This document shows, one piece after another, positions 31,489 through 42,302 of a DNA stretch of 64,000 bases. Origin of the DNA: Sulfurimonas sp. CG01_land_8_20_14_3_00_36_23. GTDB lineage: Bacteria; Campylobacterota; Campylobacteria; Campylobacterales; Sulfurimonadaceae. The translations under genes and the position numbers were made by a program. The stretch lies in contig PETN01000010.1 in NCBI GenBank assembly GCA_002781365.1, positions 13,556-77,555 of the forward strand, given 5' to 3'. Below the pieces are notes generated by a model that saw only the letters and a list, made by a program, of their open reading frames with translations, searched no databases and was not told where the DNA came from. Position 1 is the stretch's first letter; every line of letters starts with the position of its first letter.

Positions 31489-32171
31489 TTAATACTCTGT
31501 GTTTTAGCTTTTTTGTAAATTGCTTCTGCCTTTTGTGAGACTTCATTGCCCTCAAAACTAATAAATGGCTCCCATACTTTCATAAGTGATTTTGAACCGT
31601 TTCTTGCATGTATCATCACTAACGAAGCCTTTTTATCTATTTTTGGATGCACAAACTGAACATCTATCACTCGCAAATTTACTTTATCTAGTTCAGCACA
31701 TATCAGACCAAACTGAGAGGCATCATAACAGAAGATGAAATGAGATTGTGGTTTTAAAACTCTTGAAACTTTTTTAAAAAAATCTTTTATTGGCAAGTTG
31801 ATATTATACCTTGCATTAAACAACATCTCATCTTCACTTCTGGATGCCCCATCATGATAAAAGGGAGGATTTGAGATGATATAATCATACTTCACATCTT
31901 CAGCAAGTTCTAAAAAATCACCCTCATGCATCTTGTACTCTATCTTGTTAACTCTCGCATTTGTTTGAGCGTAGTGAATAAAGGGTTCTTGCTTTTCCAC
32001 AGCTTCTAATTTTACTTTTTTATTGTCTCTTGCAACTAAGAGTCCTAAAACCCCACAACCAGCACCTACATCAAGCACTCTTCCCTTAGGTTTAAAAGAG
32101 TCTATGAAGTCATATAAGAAGATGGAGTCACTGTTATAACAGTATCCTGACTCTGGCTGATAAAGAAGCAT
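31476..32171 (-). CDS. tRNA1(Val) A37 N6-methyltransferase-like
   Basis: YQPESGYCYNSDS, LDVGAGCG, ISNPPFY. Confidence 0.8.
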   Translation of the reverse strand: MLLYQPESGYCYNSDSIFLYDFIDSFKPKGRVLDVGAGCGVLGLLVARDNKKVKLEAVEKQEPFIHYAQTNARVNKIEYKMHEGDFLELAEDVKYDYIISNPPFYHDGASRSEDEMLFNARYNINLPIKDFFKKVSRVLKPQSHFIFCYDASQFGLICAELDKVNLRVIDVQFVHPKIDKKASLVMIHARNGSKSLMKVWEPFISFEGNEVSQKAEAIYKKAKTQSIKCLI

Positions 32172-32236
32172 AGAATGAAGTGCCTTGAAAAAATTTTAGA
32201 TATAATTTTGCAATTATACCAAAGAGGCATTAAACT

Positions 32237-32953
32237 ATGATAATTATTCCCGCGAGATTGGCATCAACGAGGTTTCCACAAAAAGTATTAGCTGATATTG
32301 GCGGCTTGCCGATGGTCGTTAGAACTGCAAAAAGAGTAGCACATTTAGATAGAGTTGTTGTTGCGGCAGATGATGAGCTTATCATTTCCACATGCCAAGC
32401 TCATGGCATTGAAGCTATGCTCACATCGACAACACATAAGAGCGGAACAGATAGAATCCATGAGTGCGCTACTATTTTGGAACTCGATGAGGATGAAATC
32501 ATCATTAATGTACAAGCGGATGAACCTTTTATAGAGCCTGATGTTGTACAAGTACTGATGTCAAAACTTCAAACACTTCAAAAAAAGGGCGAACCTTTTA
32601 TAATGGGAAGTTGCTACAATGCCATCAATGCAGAGTCTGCACAAGACCCTAATCTCGTAAAGGTTGTTCTCGATGATGAAGAGAATGCGATTTACTTTTC
32701 TCGCTCTTGCATACCCTACAACCGTAGTGGAAGAGCCTCTTACTTTGGGCATATCGGGATTTATGGATTTAGTAAAAGAAGTTTAAAAGAGTTTTGTAAT
32801 TTAGCGGATGCACCCATAGAAGATATAGAAGGCTTAGAACAACTCCGTGCAATCTATCATCAAAAGAAAATCACAATGTTAAAAGTATCTAGTACAGGAT
32901 TTGGTATTGATACGCCTGAAGATTTAAAAAGAGCTATAGAGATTTTTCTTTAG
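32237..32953 (+). CDS. kdsB: 3-deoxy-manno-octulosonate cytidylyltransferase
   Basis: IIPARLASTRFPQK, SGTDRI, NVQADEP, LEQLRA. Confidence 0.95.
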   Translation: MIIIPARLASTRFPQKVLADIGGLPMVVRTAKRVAHLDRVVVAADDELIISTCQAHGIEAMLTSTTHKSGTDRIHECATILELDEDEIIINVQADEPFIEPDVVQVLMSKLQTLQKKGEPFIMGSCYNAINAESAQDPNLVKVVLDDEENAIYFSRSCIPYNRSGRASYFGHIGIYGFSKRSLKEFCNLADAPIEDIEGLEQLRAIYHQKKITMLKVSSTGFGIDTPEDLKRAIEIFL

Positions 32954-32986
32954 TTTTGGAAAGGTAGATAGAGAATAAAGGAAGAT

Positions 32987-33011
32987 GATTAAACCTTAAA
33001 AAGGTTTAATC
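32987..33011. terminator. AT-rich hairpin between convergent kdsB and rpsO
   Basis: GATTAAACCTT-AAA-AAGGTTTAATC, 11-bp stem. Confidence 0.6.
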
Positions 33012-33023
33012 GAGAGAAGAAAA

Positions 33024-33299
33024 TTAGATATTATCGCGGATACCTAAATCTGCTACTAATTTCAAGTAAGCATCTTTTTGTGTTCTTTTGAAATACTTCA
33101 TAAGACGACGACGTTGACCAACTAATTTCAATAGACCAAGTCTAGAAGCGTGATCTTTTTTGAATACTTTAAGGTGTTCTGTTAATTCAACAATTCTTGC
33201 TGTTAATAATGCAATTTGAACTTCACTTGAACCAGTGTCAGTTGCATTGCGACCATATTTTGTAACTATTTCTTGTTTTTTTGCCGAATCTAAAGCCAT
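33024..33299 (-). CDS. rpsO: 30S ribosomal protein S15
   Basis: [32 protein letters not shown]. Confidence 0.97.
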   Translation of the reverse strand: MALDSAKKQEIVTKYGRNATDTGSSEVQIALLTARIVELTEHLKVFKKDHASRLGLLKLVGQRRRLMKYFKRTQKDAYLKLVADLGIRDNI

Positions 33300-33447
33300 A
33301 ATAGCCTCCTGATGGGTATAATAATCTAACTAGAATGCATTGAGTGCACAATGTTGAGTCGGAATTTTACCCAAATTTTTCTTTATTTTTATTTATCTTA
33401 TCTCATTTATCTGTTATAAAGCATATTAAATGAGATTGGAAGTGCGT

Positions 33448-33729
33448 TTATTCGGGTAATTGAATGAAATAATCTACATCGTTATGAGTTACTTTTATTC
33501 GTGCATTTTCTGATTGGATTACTCGGTTTTGTTCGTTTAGATCAGCCAATATCTCTGGATTGTTTTTAAAAGTTTCTCTTAGAATCTCTTTTATGATACT
33601 AAAATGTAAATACTCTTCTAATTCGTGGTAAAGGGAGTTATCTCCACCACTTTTTTTTCTAGACTCTTCTGTTGAGTTTATTAAATCTGAAAAATCATTT
33701 GTTTCTATCATCTTTTGAATATCTAACAT
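33448..33729 (-). CDS. Small hypothetical protein
   Basis: 93 aa ORF with AAGGA SD; no recognisable motif. Confidence 0.6.
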   Translation of the reverse strand: MLDIQKMIETNDFSDLINSTEESRKKSGGDNSLYHELEEYLHFSIIKEILRETFKNNPEILADLNEQNRVIQSENARIKVTHNDVDYFIQLPE

Positions 33730-33754
33730 CTCTATTTATCCTTTTTACACTTTT

Positions 33755-34705
33755 TTATCGAAACATCTCAATCATTTTCCTAAGCAGCGTAGCATCTACA
33801 TGCGCATTCATAGTTGTTTTTATCAGTAACAAGGCTTCAAAAGATGTCATCGGCTCTTTATAGCTTCTCCTACTAGTTAAGGCATCAAAAATATCACACA
33901 AGCCTATAATACGAGCATAATATGGAATGGCCTTGCCCTGCATTTTAAATGGGTAGCCCGTGCCATCCATTTTTTCATGGTGATGTCTTATCCCCTCTAA
34001 AACTTTTCTATTTTTTATCCCGAGCTTCAGCCCGATTGTATATCCAAATGCAGGATGTTTCTTCATCTCTTCAAACTCTCCATCCGTGAGTTTTCCATTT
34101 TTATTGATAATTTTAGAATCTATCTTACTTTTACCTAAATCATGTAAAAGTGCAGCTTCGCCTAATTCTGACAACTCTTGTGATGGAAGTTTCAAAAAAG
34201 AGCCTAAACTGAGGGCATAGATAGCCACATTGATGGAGTGTGTATGCGTATAATAATCATGTGTTGCAATACTCAGAAGAGACTTAATTGTGTAGTTGTC
34301 ATTTAAGATGGCTGCTACCATATCATTTACGACTTCTTTGGATGCTTCATAATGAGCTAAAGTCTCAGGATTACTAAAGAAGTTGTTTAAAATGTCAGAA
34401 GCATTACTATAAATAGCCCCAGCCTGTTCTTCAAAACTTATATTTTGGATGACATCTATTTTTTGTGCACCTAAAAGATTTGTCTTCATGTACTCATATT
34501 TTGAATGCTCTGATTCAAGAACATAGAGGAGCTCTTCTGTATCTATAATCACTTTTTCAGTCTTAGTTATAGGGAGTCCAGACTCTTTAAAGCAATGCAT
34601 CTCTGTTTTTGACTTAGAGGGGGTAAAGATGTTAAATTGACATACCATTCCTTCTTCGATAATACTTTTATCTATAGGAATATATTTAGTCGATTTTGTA
34701 TGCAC
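33755..34705 (-). CDS. HD-GYP domain c-di-GMP phosphodiesterase
   Basis: YTHTHSINV, LLHDLGK, HHEKMDGTGYP, DIFDALTSRRSYK. Confidence 0.9.
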   Translation of the reverse strand: MHTKSTKYIPIDKSIIEEGMVCQFNIFTPSKSKTEMHCFKESGLPITKTEKVIIDTEELLYVLESEHSKYEYMKTNLLGAQKIDVIQNISFEEQAGAIYSNASDILNNFFSNPETLAHYEASKEVVNDMVAAILNDNYTIKSLLSIATHDYYTHTHSINVAIYALSLGSFLKLPSQELSELGEAALLHDLGKSKIDSKIINKNGKLTDGEFEEMKKHPAFGYTIGLKLGIKNRKVLEGIRHHHEKMDGTGYPFKMQGKAIPYYARIIGLCDIFDALTSRRSYKEPMTSFEALLLIKTTMNAHVDATLLRKMIEMFR

Positions 34706-34775
34706 TTTACACCTTTTTTATAAAATAATTTCACAAACATTATCTAGGAACCACGCCTAAAAATAAAATCTTGAA

Positions 34776-34808
34776 ATTATATTTTGAATCGGTATCAAAA
34801 AAGTATCA
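34776..34808 (-). promoter_or_regulatory. -10 box plus 11-bp-period direct repeat upstream of the HD-GYP gene
   Basis: Minus strand TGATAC-N5-TGATAC (34792-34808), 10 nt upstream of TATAAT (34776-34781). Confidence 0.5.
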
Positions 34809-34900
34809 TTTTTTGTTAAAGATGATTACTGTCTTATTTTGAATTTTGTGAATTATTAAAGTGGAAGTGTATAGCTCTTATTTTATCTTAACGTATGGCA

Positions 34901-35588
34901 TTAAAAAATGATTTTATACCCCTCGTTAAAGAGATTTACAATACTACCTTCTGGTAGTTTCTTTCGTAATCTTTTGACCATATTTTTTAGGCCGTTAATG
35001 CTATTTGTTTCTTCATATTCACAAATATGTTCAAAAATTTCATCATAAGTAAAGACTCTATTTTTATGGGAGAAGAGAAGGTCCAATAAAATTTTCTCTT
35101 TTTTTGTAAGTTTAATGAGTGTATTGTGATGTTTGAGCTCTTTTAATTCCACATGCCAACTATAAATTTTGGGGTAACTCTATTTTTTGTAGAGGCATTA
35201 CATTGTATTGTAATAACTCCTTGATAGTTAATTCTAACGCTTCATTTAAATCTTTACTACTGACAGGTTTGACTAAATATTGTGTAAGTTTTAATTGTAT
35301 AGCCTCAAGTAGAAATGATTTATCTGTGTGTGCTGTTAGCATAATTGCTTTGGTTGTATGATCATTTTCTCTGATTTTTTTAAGTAGTTCTAAGCCTGTC
35401 AATTTTGGGAGATTTATATCTACTATCATAAGATCTGGTTTTTTTATCTTATAGAGGGCATATGCTTCTTCTCCATCTTTTGCCTCATATACTTCACTAA
35501 ACATCATTTTTAAATAGGCTACATAATTTTCTCTTATTACTTGGTCATCTTCAACAAATAGTATCTTATAGGGGTAGAGAGTTTTCAT
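34901..35588 (-). pseudogene. OmpR-family response regulator split by a +1 frameshift
   Basis: REC domain (VEDD, VDINLP, KP) ends ...PQNL*; removing one base at 35164-35166 gives PQNYSWHVELKELK and joins the wHTH ORF (LTKKE..., LRKKL, EGYKI) into 228 aa. Confidence 0.8.
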
Positions 35589-35590
35589 AC

Positions 35591-38284
35591 TTATGCTTTT
35601 TCCTCTGGTATTTCAATCGTAAAACATGCCCCGCATTCTCTGTTTTGCACACTAAGTTTCCCCTTTAAACCATTATCAATAATCTTTTTCGCCATATAAA
35701 GTCCTAGACCTGTTCCTTGTGATTTGTATTTTGTAGTAAAATAGGGTTCAAATATTTTATCTATAATCTTACTATCTATTCCCAGAGCATTGTCCGTTAT
35801 AGATATGAAGAAAAGATCTTCATCGTTTTTTGCTGCAATAGTAATAGTAGGTGATTTTATTTGCATAGTTGTTAAAGCATCAATGGAGTTATTTAGAAGT
35901 ATTAAAATAACTTGTTGCAACTCATCTAAATAATTAAAACACTCGAGTGCTTCATCTATATCAAGTTCGATTTTTATGTGATGTTCACGCAGAGTTCCTT
36001 TGAGAATATCAAGAGACTTTTCTACTGCTTTACGGAGTTGAAATAGACTTTTTTGTTTATTTGGATGAAAAAAGTTTTTAAAATCATCAATAGTTTTTGA
36101 CATATATTTTGTAAGAGATTCTATTTCTAAGAGTTTATCTCTTGCGGTGCTATTTTTAAAATCACTTTGAGCTAAAGTTGCATCAATCAGAAGTATAAAA
36201 GAGTTTATTTGTGCTAATGGCTGTCTCCATTGATGTGCAATATTTTCTATCATTTCACCCATTTGTGCTAATTTACTTTGATGCATCAGCATGATTTGAT
36301 TCTCTATATTTTTTTGAATCTCATCTTTTACTCTCTCTTCGAGAGAATTATTCAACTCTTCTAATTGCTGTTTTGCAACTTTAAGTAGCTCTGCTTTTTC
36401 TTGAAGCAATGATTTACTTTTTTTCAACTCTCTTTGAGCTAACTCTTTGTTTTTTATCTCCTCTTTAAGTTTTACATTCCAATAGATAAAAATACTTAGC
36501 AAGATTATAGAAAGCACTGTTATTTGTGCAACTAGTCGATAGTCTGCTTTTAATTGATACTGAATATTGTTCCATTTATTCATCAAAAGTGCTCGGGTAC
36601 CATTATCAATAGACAATAGAGCTTTTTCTAAAATTTCATTTAAAATAGGTTCATCGTTTCTTGAAGCTACACTTAGATAGAACTTTTCCGAAAATTGTCC
36701 CGTAATACTGATATCTTTCATACTGTTTTTTACTATCTCATAATTAATAACATTAGAATTATCTAAAAAACCAAAAAGTTTTCCCTGTTGCACATAAGCT
36801 AATCCTTCTTGGATAGATTCAACTTCAACTAAATTAATATTTGGGTATTTGCTTCTTAATAATTCCTCTTTTGAATAGTTTTTCACAATGCCTAAGCGCT
36901 TCTCTTGTATGTAGTTTAAGTTATCTACAAAAGGTATTCCTACTTTTGTTGCCACCACTAAAGGTGGAACGATGTAAGGTGTCGTAAAGTTAAGATATTT
37001 CTCTCTCAAAGGTGTTTTTTCTGCAAGAGCCAACATATCACACTCTCTATTTTTTATCTTTTCTATAGAGTCTAACCATCTGTTTGTTTTAACAAGGTGT
37101 ATAGGAGTATCCATTTTTTCAGAAATCAAATGCATAAATTCAGCCGCTATACCAATATGTTTTTCCCCTTCAATTTTTTCTAAAGGCATCCAGTTTGGAT
37201 CGACACACATTTTTAATACTTTTTTTTGTTGAAGGTACTTTTGTTGTTGGGCAGTTAGCTCTATGGGATTTTCTTTTGTTTTATAGATGAAAGATACTAG
37301 GTTTTCTTTAGATTCTCTTGGTATCGACAAGGATTGTGCAAAAGTATCTGCGATTATCTCTACCCTTTCTAAATCTATACTTCCTATGGGGTAAACATTT
37401 GTCAGCATTAGAGCCTCTATTTGCTTTGCTTCAAAAAGAAGGGCCTCTTTTGACTTATGTTGTGTGTTGTACTTTTGCATAATAATTTCAACGAGTTCCT
37501 CTTTGTGCTCTAAAGCATACTCCCAACCCCGTATAGATGCTTTTCGGAAATGTTCAACACGCTCAGGATTGTTTTCAAGTTCGCTCTTCGTAGTAAAAAG
37601 ATTTAAATCATAAAAATTTCTTCCAAAAACTGCAGGGTCTAAAATATTATATTGAATGCCGAGTTGATTTAATGTGTAAAGTTCATTTGTTTTGAAAACA
37701 CTTATGGCATCCACTTCTTTATTGATAAAACTCTCAATACTAAATTTTCTTGGAATATTTATAAAATCTTTTGTGGCTATATTAAATATATCCAACATTG
37801 GTAAAATAGCTTGTTGATGACTACCATCAAGCAGACCCATAATCTTTTTACCCTTTAAATCAGCAGGTGAACTTATATGTGGCTGTGTTACTAGAACTAA
37901 AGGAGATTGTTTAAAAAAATTTGCAACAAAAACAAGCGGTTTTCCACTCATATATTCTGAAATCAAACTAGAGTATGTGAGTCCATACTCTGCATTTCCT
38001 TTGAAGATTTCATCTACGATATTCATTTGTGAATCATATTCTATCAGCTCTACATCAAGTCCGACTTCTTTATAAAATCCTCTCTCTTTTGCTGCATAAA
38101 AGCCTGCAAATTCAAATTGGTGCTTCCATTGGAGTTGAAGTTTTATTTTCTCATTCTCTTTCATTATATGCGTTAGCTTATTCAAAGGCTCTTCTGCCAT
38201 AAGCGAAACAAAGAGAAACTGAAACAATAAGATAAATTTTAAACTCTGTTTTAGTAGAGTATTAAAAATAACTTTTTTATACAT
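35591..38284 (-). CDS. Sensor histidine kinase with NMT1/THI5-like and PBP periplasmic domains
   Basis: LQLQWKHQFEFAGFYAA (NMT1-like), CVDPNWMP (PBP), IAHQWRQPL, NNSIDA, DNALG, FTTK..GTGLGL. Confidence 0.9.
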   Translation of the reverse strand: MYKKVIFNTLLKQSLKFILLFQFLFVSLMAEEPLNKLTHIMKENEKIKLQLQWKHQFEFAGFYAAKERGFYKEVGLDVELIEYDSQMNIVDEIFKGNAEYGLTYSSLISEYMSGKPLVFVANFFKQSPLVLVTQPHISSPADLKGKKIMGLLDGSHQQAILPMLDIFNIATKDFINIPRKFSIESFINKEVDAISVFKTNELYTLNQLGIQYNILDPAVFGRNFYDLNLFTTKSELENNPERVEHFRKASIRGWEYALEHKEELVEIIMQKYNTQHKSKEALLFEAKQIEALMLTNVYPIGSIDLERVEIIADTFAQSLSIPRESKENLVSFIYKTKENPIELTAQQQKYLQQKKVLKMCVDPNWMPLEKIEGEKHIGIAAEFMHLISEKMDTPIHLVKTNRWLDSIEKIKNRECDMLALAEKTPLREKYLNFTTPYIVPPLVVATKVGIPFVDNLNYIQEKRLGIVKNYSKEELLRSKYPNINLVEVESIQEGLAYVQQGKLFGFLDNSNVINYEIVKNSMKDISITGQFSEKFYLSVASRNDEPILNEILEKALLSIDNGTRALLMNKWNNIQYQLKADYRLVAQITVLSIILLSIFIYWNVKLKEEIKNKELAQRELKKSKSLLQEKAELLKVAKQQLEELNNSLEERVKDEIQKNIENQIMLMHQSKLAQMGEMIENIAHQWRQPLAQINSFILLIDATLAQSDFKNSTARDKLLEIESLTKYMSKTIDDFKNFFHPNKQKSLFQLRKAVEKSLDILKGTLREHHIKIELDIDEALECFNYLDELQQVILILLNNSIDALTTMQIKSPTITIAAKNDEDLFFISITDNALGIDSKIIDKIFEPYFTTKYKSQGTGLGLYMAKKIIDNGLKGKLSVQNRECGACFTIEIPEEKA

Positions 38285-38508
38285 CTGACGTAGATTCCAT
38301 CCCTTTTGCTATAACATCATCAATCATATACTTAACTTTTTGTATTTTATTATAAAAATTCAAGTAAATATTCTTTTTAAATTCGGATGTAATATTATCA
38401 TTATGTTTATTCATTGATGATAAGTTGTTCTTTTAAAGAATAACAATCTTTTTCAGCTTCTTTAGATATAATCAACTTACAATTTATAAAATAAATGAAA
38501 GAACCTAT

Positions 38509-38913
38509 ATGTTAATAACACGTGCCAGCGAATATGCTATTTTATCTCTAATAGTTTTATCAAAATCAGATATTCCTGTTGATAGCGAATCTCTTTCCCG
38601 CGAACTCTCCATACCAAAAAGCTTTTTAGCAAAAATACTCCAGGCTCTTGCTAAAAATGGTATTTTATACTCGTATAAAGGTGTAAATGGTGGGTTTAAA
38701 CTCGCACATGCGCCTAAAGATATCAGTATGTTGCAAGTCATGACTTCGGTTGAGGGAAAGGCTCCTTCTGTTTTTGAATGTGCTCCTGCTATTACAAGTT
38801 GCCCTTCAGACAAAGGTTCCATCTGCTCTATCTGGCCATTTTTAAATAAGCTTCAAGGTAAAATAGACTCGTTTTTAGCAGAGTTATCTCTCGCTGATAT
38901 TATGGAAGAGTAG
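38509..38913 (+). CDS. Rrf2-family transcriptional regulator
   Basis: [31 protein letters not shown]. Confidence 0.9.
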   Translation: MLITRASEYAILSLIVLSKSDIPVDSESLSRELSIPKSFLAKILQALAKNGILYSYKGVNGGFKLAHAPKDISMLQVMTSVEGKAPSVFECAPAITSCPSDKGSICSIWPFLNKLQGKIDSFLAELSLADIMEE

Positions 38914-38917
38914 AACT

Positions 38918-41098
38918 TTGGCAAAAAAATTCACATTAAGACAACAGGTTGGTACAACACTCAACTTTTTAATCGGTCAAAGAGATATAAGTGTCGTCCT
39001 ATTTGTAATGGCAATTTTAGCGATAATTATCGTCCCTTTACCCTCTGGAATCTTAGATTTATTACTTACTGTTTCAATGGCTATTGCTGTTCTCATTTTA
39101 CTCATTTCACTCTATGTTCCTAAACCTACAGACCTAACAACCTTTCCAACACTCATTCTTATCATAACGCTTTTTAGGCTCTCACTCAATATCGCAACGA
39201 CAAGGATGATTTTAAGCAATGGACATGAAGGCCCTGATGCTGTGAGTGATATTATTACAAGCTTTGGAAACTTTGTTGTTGGTGGAAATTATGTCATCGG
39301 TATCATTCTTTTTGCCATCTTAGTACTTATCAACTTTATGGTTGTAACCAAAGGTTCTACGAGAGTTGCAGAAGTTGCTGCACGTTTTGTACTTGATTCT
39401 ATGCCTGGAAAGCAGATGGCAGTTGATGCAGATTTAAATGCTGGTTTGATTGATGATGCCCAAGCGAAAAAAAGACGTGCAGAGATTCTCCAAGATGCAA
39501 ACTTTTATGGAGCGATGGATGGATCGAGTAAGTTTGTTAAAGGTGATGCTGTTGCCGGAATCATCATTACACTTATTAACATTATCGGCGGCTTCTTAAT
39601 CGGTGTCTTTCAACATGATATGAGTGTGGCTGATAGTGCTTCAACATTTACTCTACTAACAATTGGAGATGGTCTTGTTGGACAGATTCCAGCGCTCATT
39701 ATCTCTACTGCAACGGGTATTATGATAACGCGTTCTTCAAGCGATGGAGACAACTTTGCAGAGGGTACAATCAACCAGATAATGGGAAATGCAAAAATCA
39801 TGCTGATTGTTGGGTTTATCATGATTTTATTTGCTTTGGTACCAGGTTTACCGACTGCTTCCATGGGCTTTGTTGGGATTATTTTTGCACTTCTTGGTTG
39901 GTCCATCTATAAGTATGAAAAAGGTGAACTCAGCATACTCGATGTTGAGGGTATTCTTACTAAAAAGACACCTGCGCAACAAGAGCAAGAGAGAGCCGCT
40001 TCAAAACCAAAGAAAACAAATGAAGAGATAGCAAAAGAAGAAGAAGTTGCCCTTGAAGATATTTTAAAAGTTGAGATGCTTGAACTTACCTTGGGATATC
40101 AGTTGATTCGTTTGGCAGATAGCTCTCAGGGAGGAGATTTACTTGAGAGAATCCGTTCTATGCGAAGAAAAATAGCAAGCGACTTTGGCTTTTTAATGCC
40201 ACAAGTGCGTATAAGAGATAACCTACATCTTCTACCAAGTCAATATCAGATTTTACTCAAAGGAATCGCTATTGGTGAGGGGAAAATCATGTCCGATAGG
40301 TTTTTGGCAATGGATAGCGGTATGGCAACAGGCGAGCTTGAAGGGGAGCCTACAAAAGAGCCTGCATTTGGACTGGATGCACTTTGGATATATCCCGACC
40401 AGAAAGAGGATGCGATTATAAATGGCTACACTGTTGTAGATCCAGCAACCGTTATATCAACACATATGAGTGAGCTTATTAAACGTAATGCTGAAGAGTT
40501 ATTAACACGCCAAGAGGTACAAACTCTTGTAGATAAGATTAAAGTGGACTTTCCAGTTATTATTGATGATGTTCAAAAAGTTGCAAATATTGGTCTGATT
40601 CAAAGAATTTTAAAAGCTCTTTTACATGAAAAAATACCGCTTAAAGATATGCTCACTATCCTTGAAACTATTGCAGATATAGCGGAATATACAAAAAGTG
40701 TAGAGCTTATCACAGAGCAAGTAAGAGCAAAACTCTCTCGTGTCATTACGCAGATGTACGCATCAGAAGATGGAGTGATTCGACTCCTCACTTTTGAGAC
40801 AGCTTCGGAGCAAATGATGCTTGAGAAGTCACAAGAGAAAGATGGCATAAGAAACCTGCTTTTAAATGTAGGTGAGATAAATGCACTCATTCAAGCAACA
40901 AGTAAAAAAGCAGCAGAGCTACTTCAAAAAGGAGTTTCTCCTGTTGTCATCATCGTTGACCCAGCACTTCGCAGAGGAATAGCCGAGATATTTGAGAGAT
41001 TTTCACTTGATGTTATCGTACTTTCACATGCCGAGATAGACTCAAGTGCAACCTTTGAAGTTATGGGTTCCATTTCTATACAAAGCAGTAAAACGTAA
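38918..41098 (+). CDS. flhA: Flagellar export gate protein FlhA
   Basis: [48 protein letters not shown]. Confidence 0.97.
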   Translation: MAKKFTLRQQVGTTLNFLIGQRDISVVLFVMAILAIIIVPLPSGILDLLLTVSMAIAVLILLISLYVPKPTDLTTFPTLILIITLFRLSLNIATTRMILSNGHEGPDAVSDIITSFGNFVVGGNYVIGIILFAILVLINFMVVTKGSTRVAEVAARFVLDSMPGKQMAVDADLNAGLIDDAQAKKRRAEILQDANFYGAMDGSSKFVKGDAVAGIIITLINIIGGFLIGVFQHDMSVADSASTFTLLTIGDGLVGQIPALIISTATGIMITRSSSDGDNFAEGTINQIMGNAKIMLIVGFIMILFALVPGLPTASMGFVGIIFALLGWSIYKYEKGELSILDVEGILTKKTPAQQEQERAASKPKKTNEEIAKEEEVALEDILKVEMLELTLGYQLIRLADSSQGGDLLERIRSMRRKIASDFGFLMPQVRIRDNLHLLPSQYQILLKGIAIGEGKIMSDRFLAMDSGMATGELEGEPTKEPAFGLDALWIYPDQKEDAIINGYTVVDPATVISTHMSELIKRNAEELLTRQEVQTLVDKIKVDFPVIIDDVQKVANIGLIQRILKALLHEKIPLKDMLTILETIADIAEYTKSVELITEQVRAKLSRVITQMYASEDGVIRLLTFETASEQMMLEKSQEKDGIRNLLLNVGEINALIQATSKKAAELLQKGVSPVVIIVDPALRRGIAEIFERFSLDVIVLSHAEIDSSATFEVMGSISIQSSKT

Positions 41099-41160
41099 AT
41101 TAAAGTCACTTAGCTTTAGAGCTAGCTGTTCATCACTATTCAACACTACAAAGGAAAATA

Positions 41161-42240
41161 ATGCAAGAGACGATTCACCACTTATCACATATAGATTTAG
41201 ATGGCTACAGTTGCCAGTTAATTATGAAATACACTCCCTATAAAATTACAAACTATAATGCGAATTACGGTCCTGAGGTTAAATCAAAACTAGACTTAAT
41301 TTTAGAAAATATAAACAAAAATTCAGAGAGTGCTCTTATCCTCATTACAGACCTTAATCTAACAGCAGATGAGTCAAGATGGCTTCATGGTGAAGTTGCT
41401 AAAATGAATGATGCAAACAAAGAAGTAAAAATAACGCTTCTTGACCATCACGGAAGTGGTGAAGAGAGTGCTAAGAAGTTTGAATGGTACTATCTTGATA
41501 CACAAAGATGTGCAACAAAAATCACTTACGACTACGCAAAAGAGAACTTTAAACTCGATGAACCTACTTGGATGAATGCCTATGTGAACATAGTCAATGC
41601 AGTAGATTTATGGAAAATAGAAGAGCATGACAACTTTGAATTTGGAAAAGTCTGCATGCGCCTTGTTACTGAAACGAGAGAATTGAACCGTGTTATGTTT
41701 GCGGCTGAAGATGAACACTACAAAATTGCTCTGCTTCTTGAAGCTACTAAATACATAGGCAAAGAGAATGCAAATATATTGCTAGATGAAAATATTCATG
41801 CAATCAAAAAAGAGTTTTTCAAAACAGAGAAAAATGACACCTTAGATAATCTTGCCACTGAATATGTTGTGAAATTGCTAGGCGATAAAAAAGATACACA
41901 TACCATCTATTACAAAGGCTACCGTGGCTTCTTAAGTTATGGTGTTGGAAATACTTCTATCGTAGGCAATGGCTTTCTAGTCGCGTACCCTGAGTATGAT
42001 TTTATCGTGGATGTGAGTTACAAAGGGACAATGAGCCTTAGAGCAAACAATCAGGTAAGTGTCGCTCAAATCTCTAAGGAGTGGTCAAATGGCGGTGGAC
42101 ATCCAAATGCGGCAGGAGGAAGAATTATAGGCTTTAAAGAGCAGTTTCGTTATGATAAAGTGAAACAACAGATAGAGTCTTTAATCTATGATAAAGAGTC
42201 TGTTGCAGGTAAACTAGAGTACAAAACACAAGAAGCTTAA
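41161..42240 (+). CDS. DHH-family phosphoesterase (NrnB-like nano-RNase)
   Basis: SHIDLDG, ITDL, LLDHH, GGGHPNAAGG. Confidence 0.85.
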   Translation: MQETIHHLSHIDLDGYSCQLIMKYTPYKITNYNANYGPEVKSKLDLILENINKNSESALILITDLNLTADESRWLHGEVAKMNDANKEVKITLLDHHGSGEESAKKFEWYYLDTQRCATKITYDYAKENFKLDEPTWMNAYVNIVNAVDLWKIEEHDNFEFGKVCMRLVTETRELNRVMFAAEDEHYKIALLLEATKYIGKENANILLDENIHAIKKEFFKTEKNDTLDNLATEYVVKLLGDKKDTHTIYYKGYRGFLSYGVGNTSIVGNGFLVAYPEYDFIVDVSYKGTMSLRANNQVSVAQISKEWSNGGGHPNAAGGRIIGFKEQFRYDKVKQQIESLIYDKESVAGKLEYKTQEA

Positions 42241-42262
42241 GAGGTCTTTATTTTTCAGATGC

Positions 42263-42302
42263 TTTGGCATGTGGAAATGTATTAGCATGTGGAAATGTAT
42301 TA
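42263..42302. repeat. 18-bp tandem duplication holding two motif copies
   Basis: GCATGTGGAAATGTATTA at 42267-42284 and 42285-42302, between convergent stops. Confidence 0.9.

Noticed and set aside
33300-33365. rpsO 5' leader as an S15 autoregulatory RNA
   Set aside because: Only a 5-bp stem (CATTG/CAATG) is visible; plausible, but not supportable without covariance analysis
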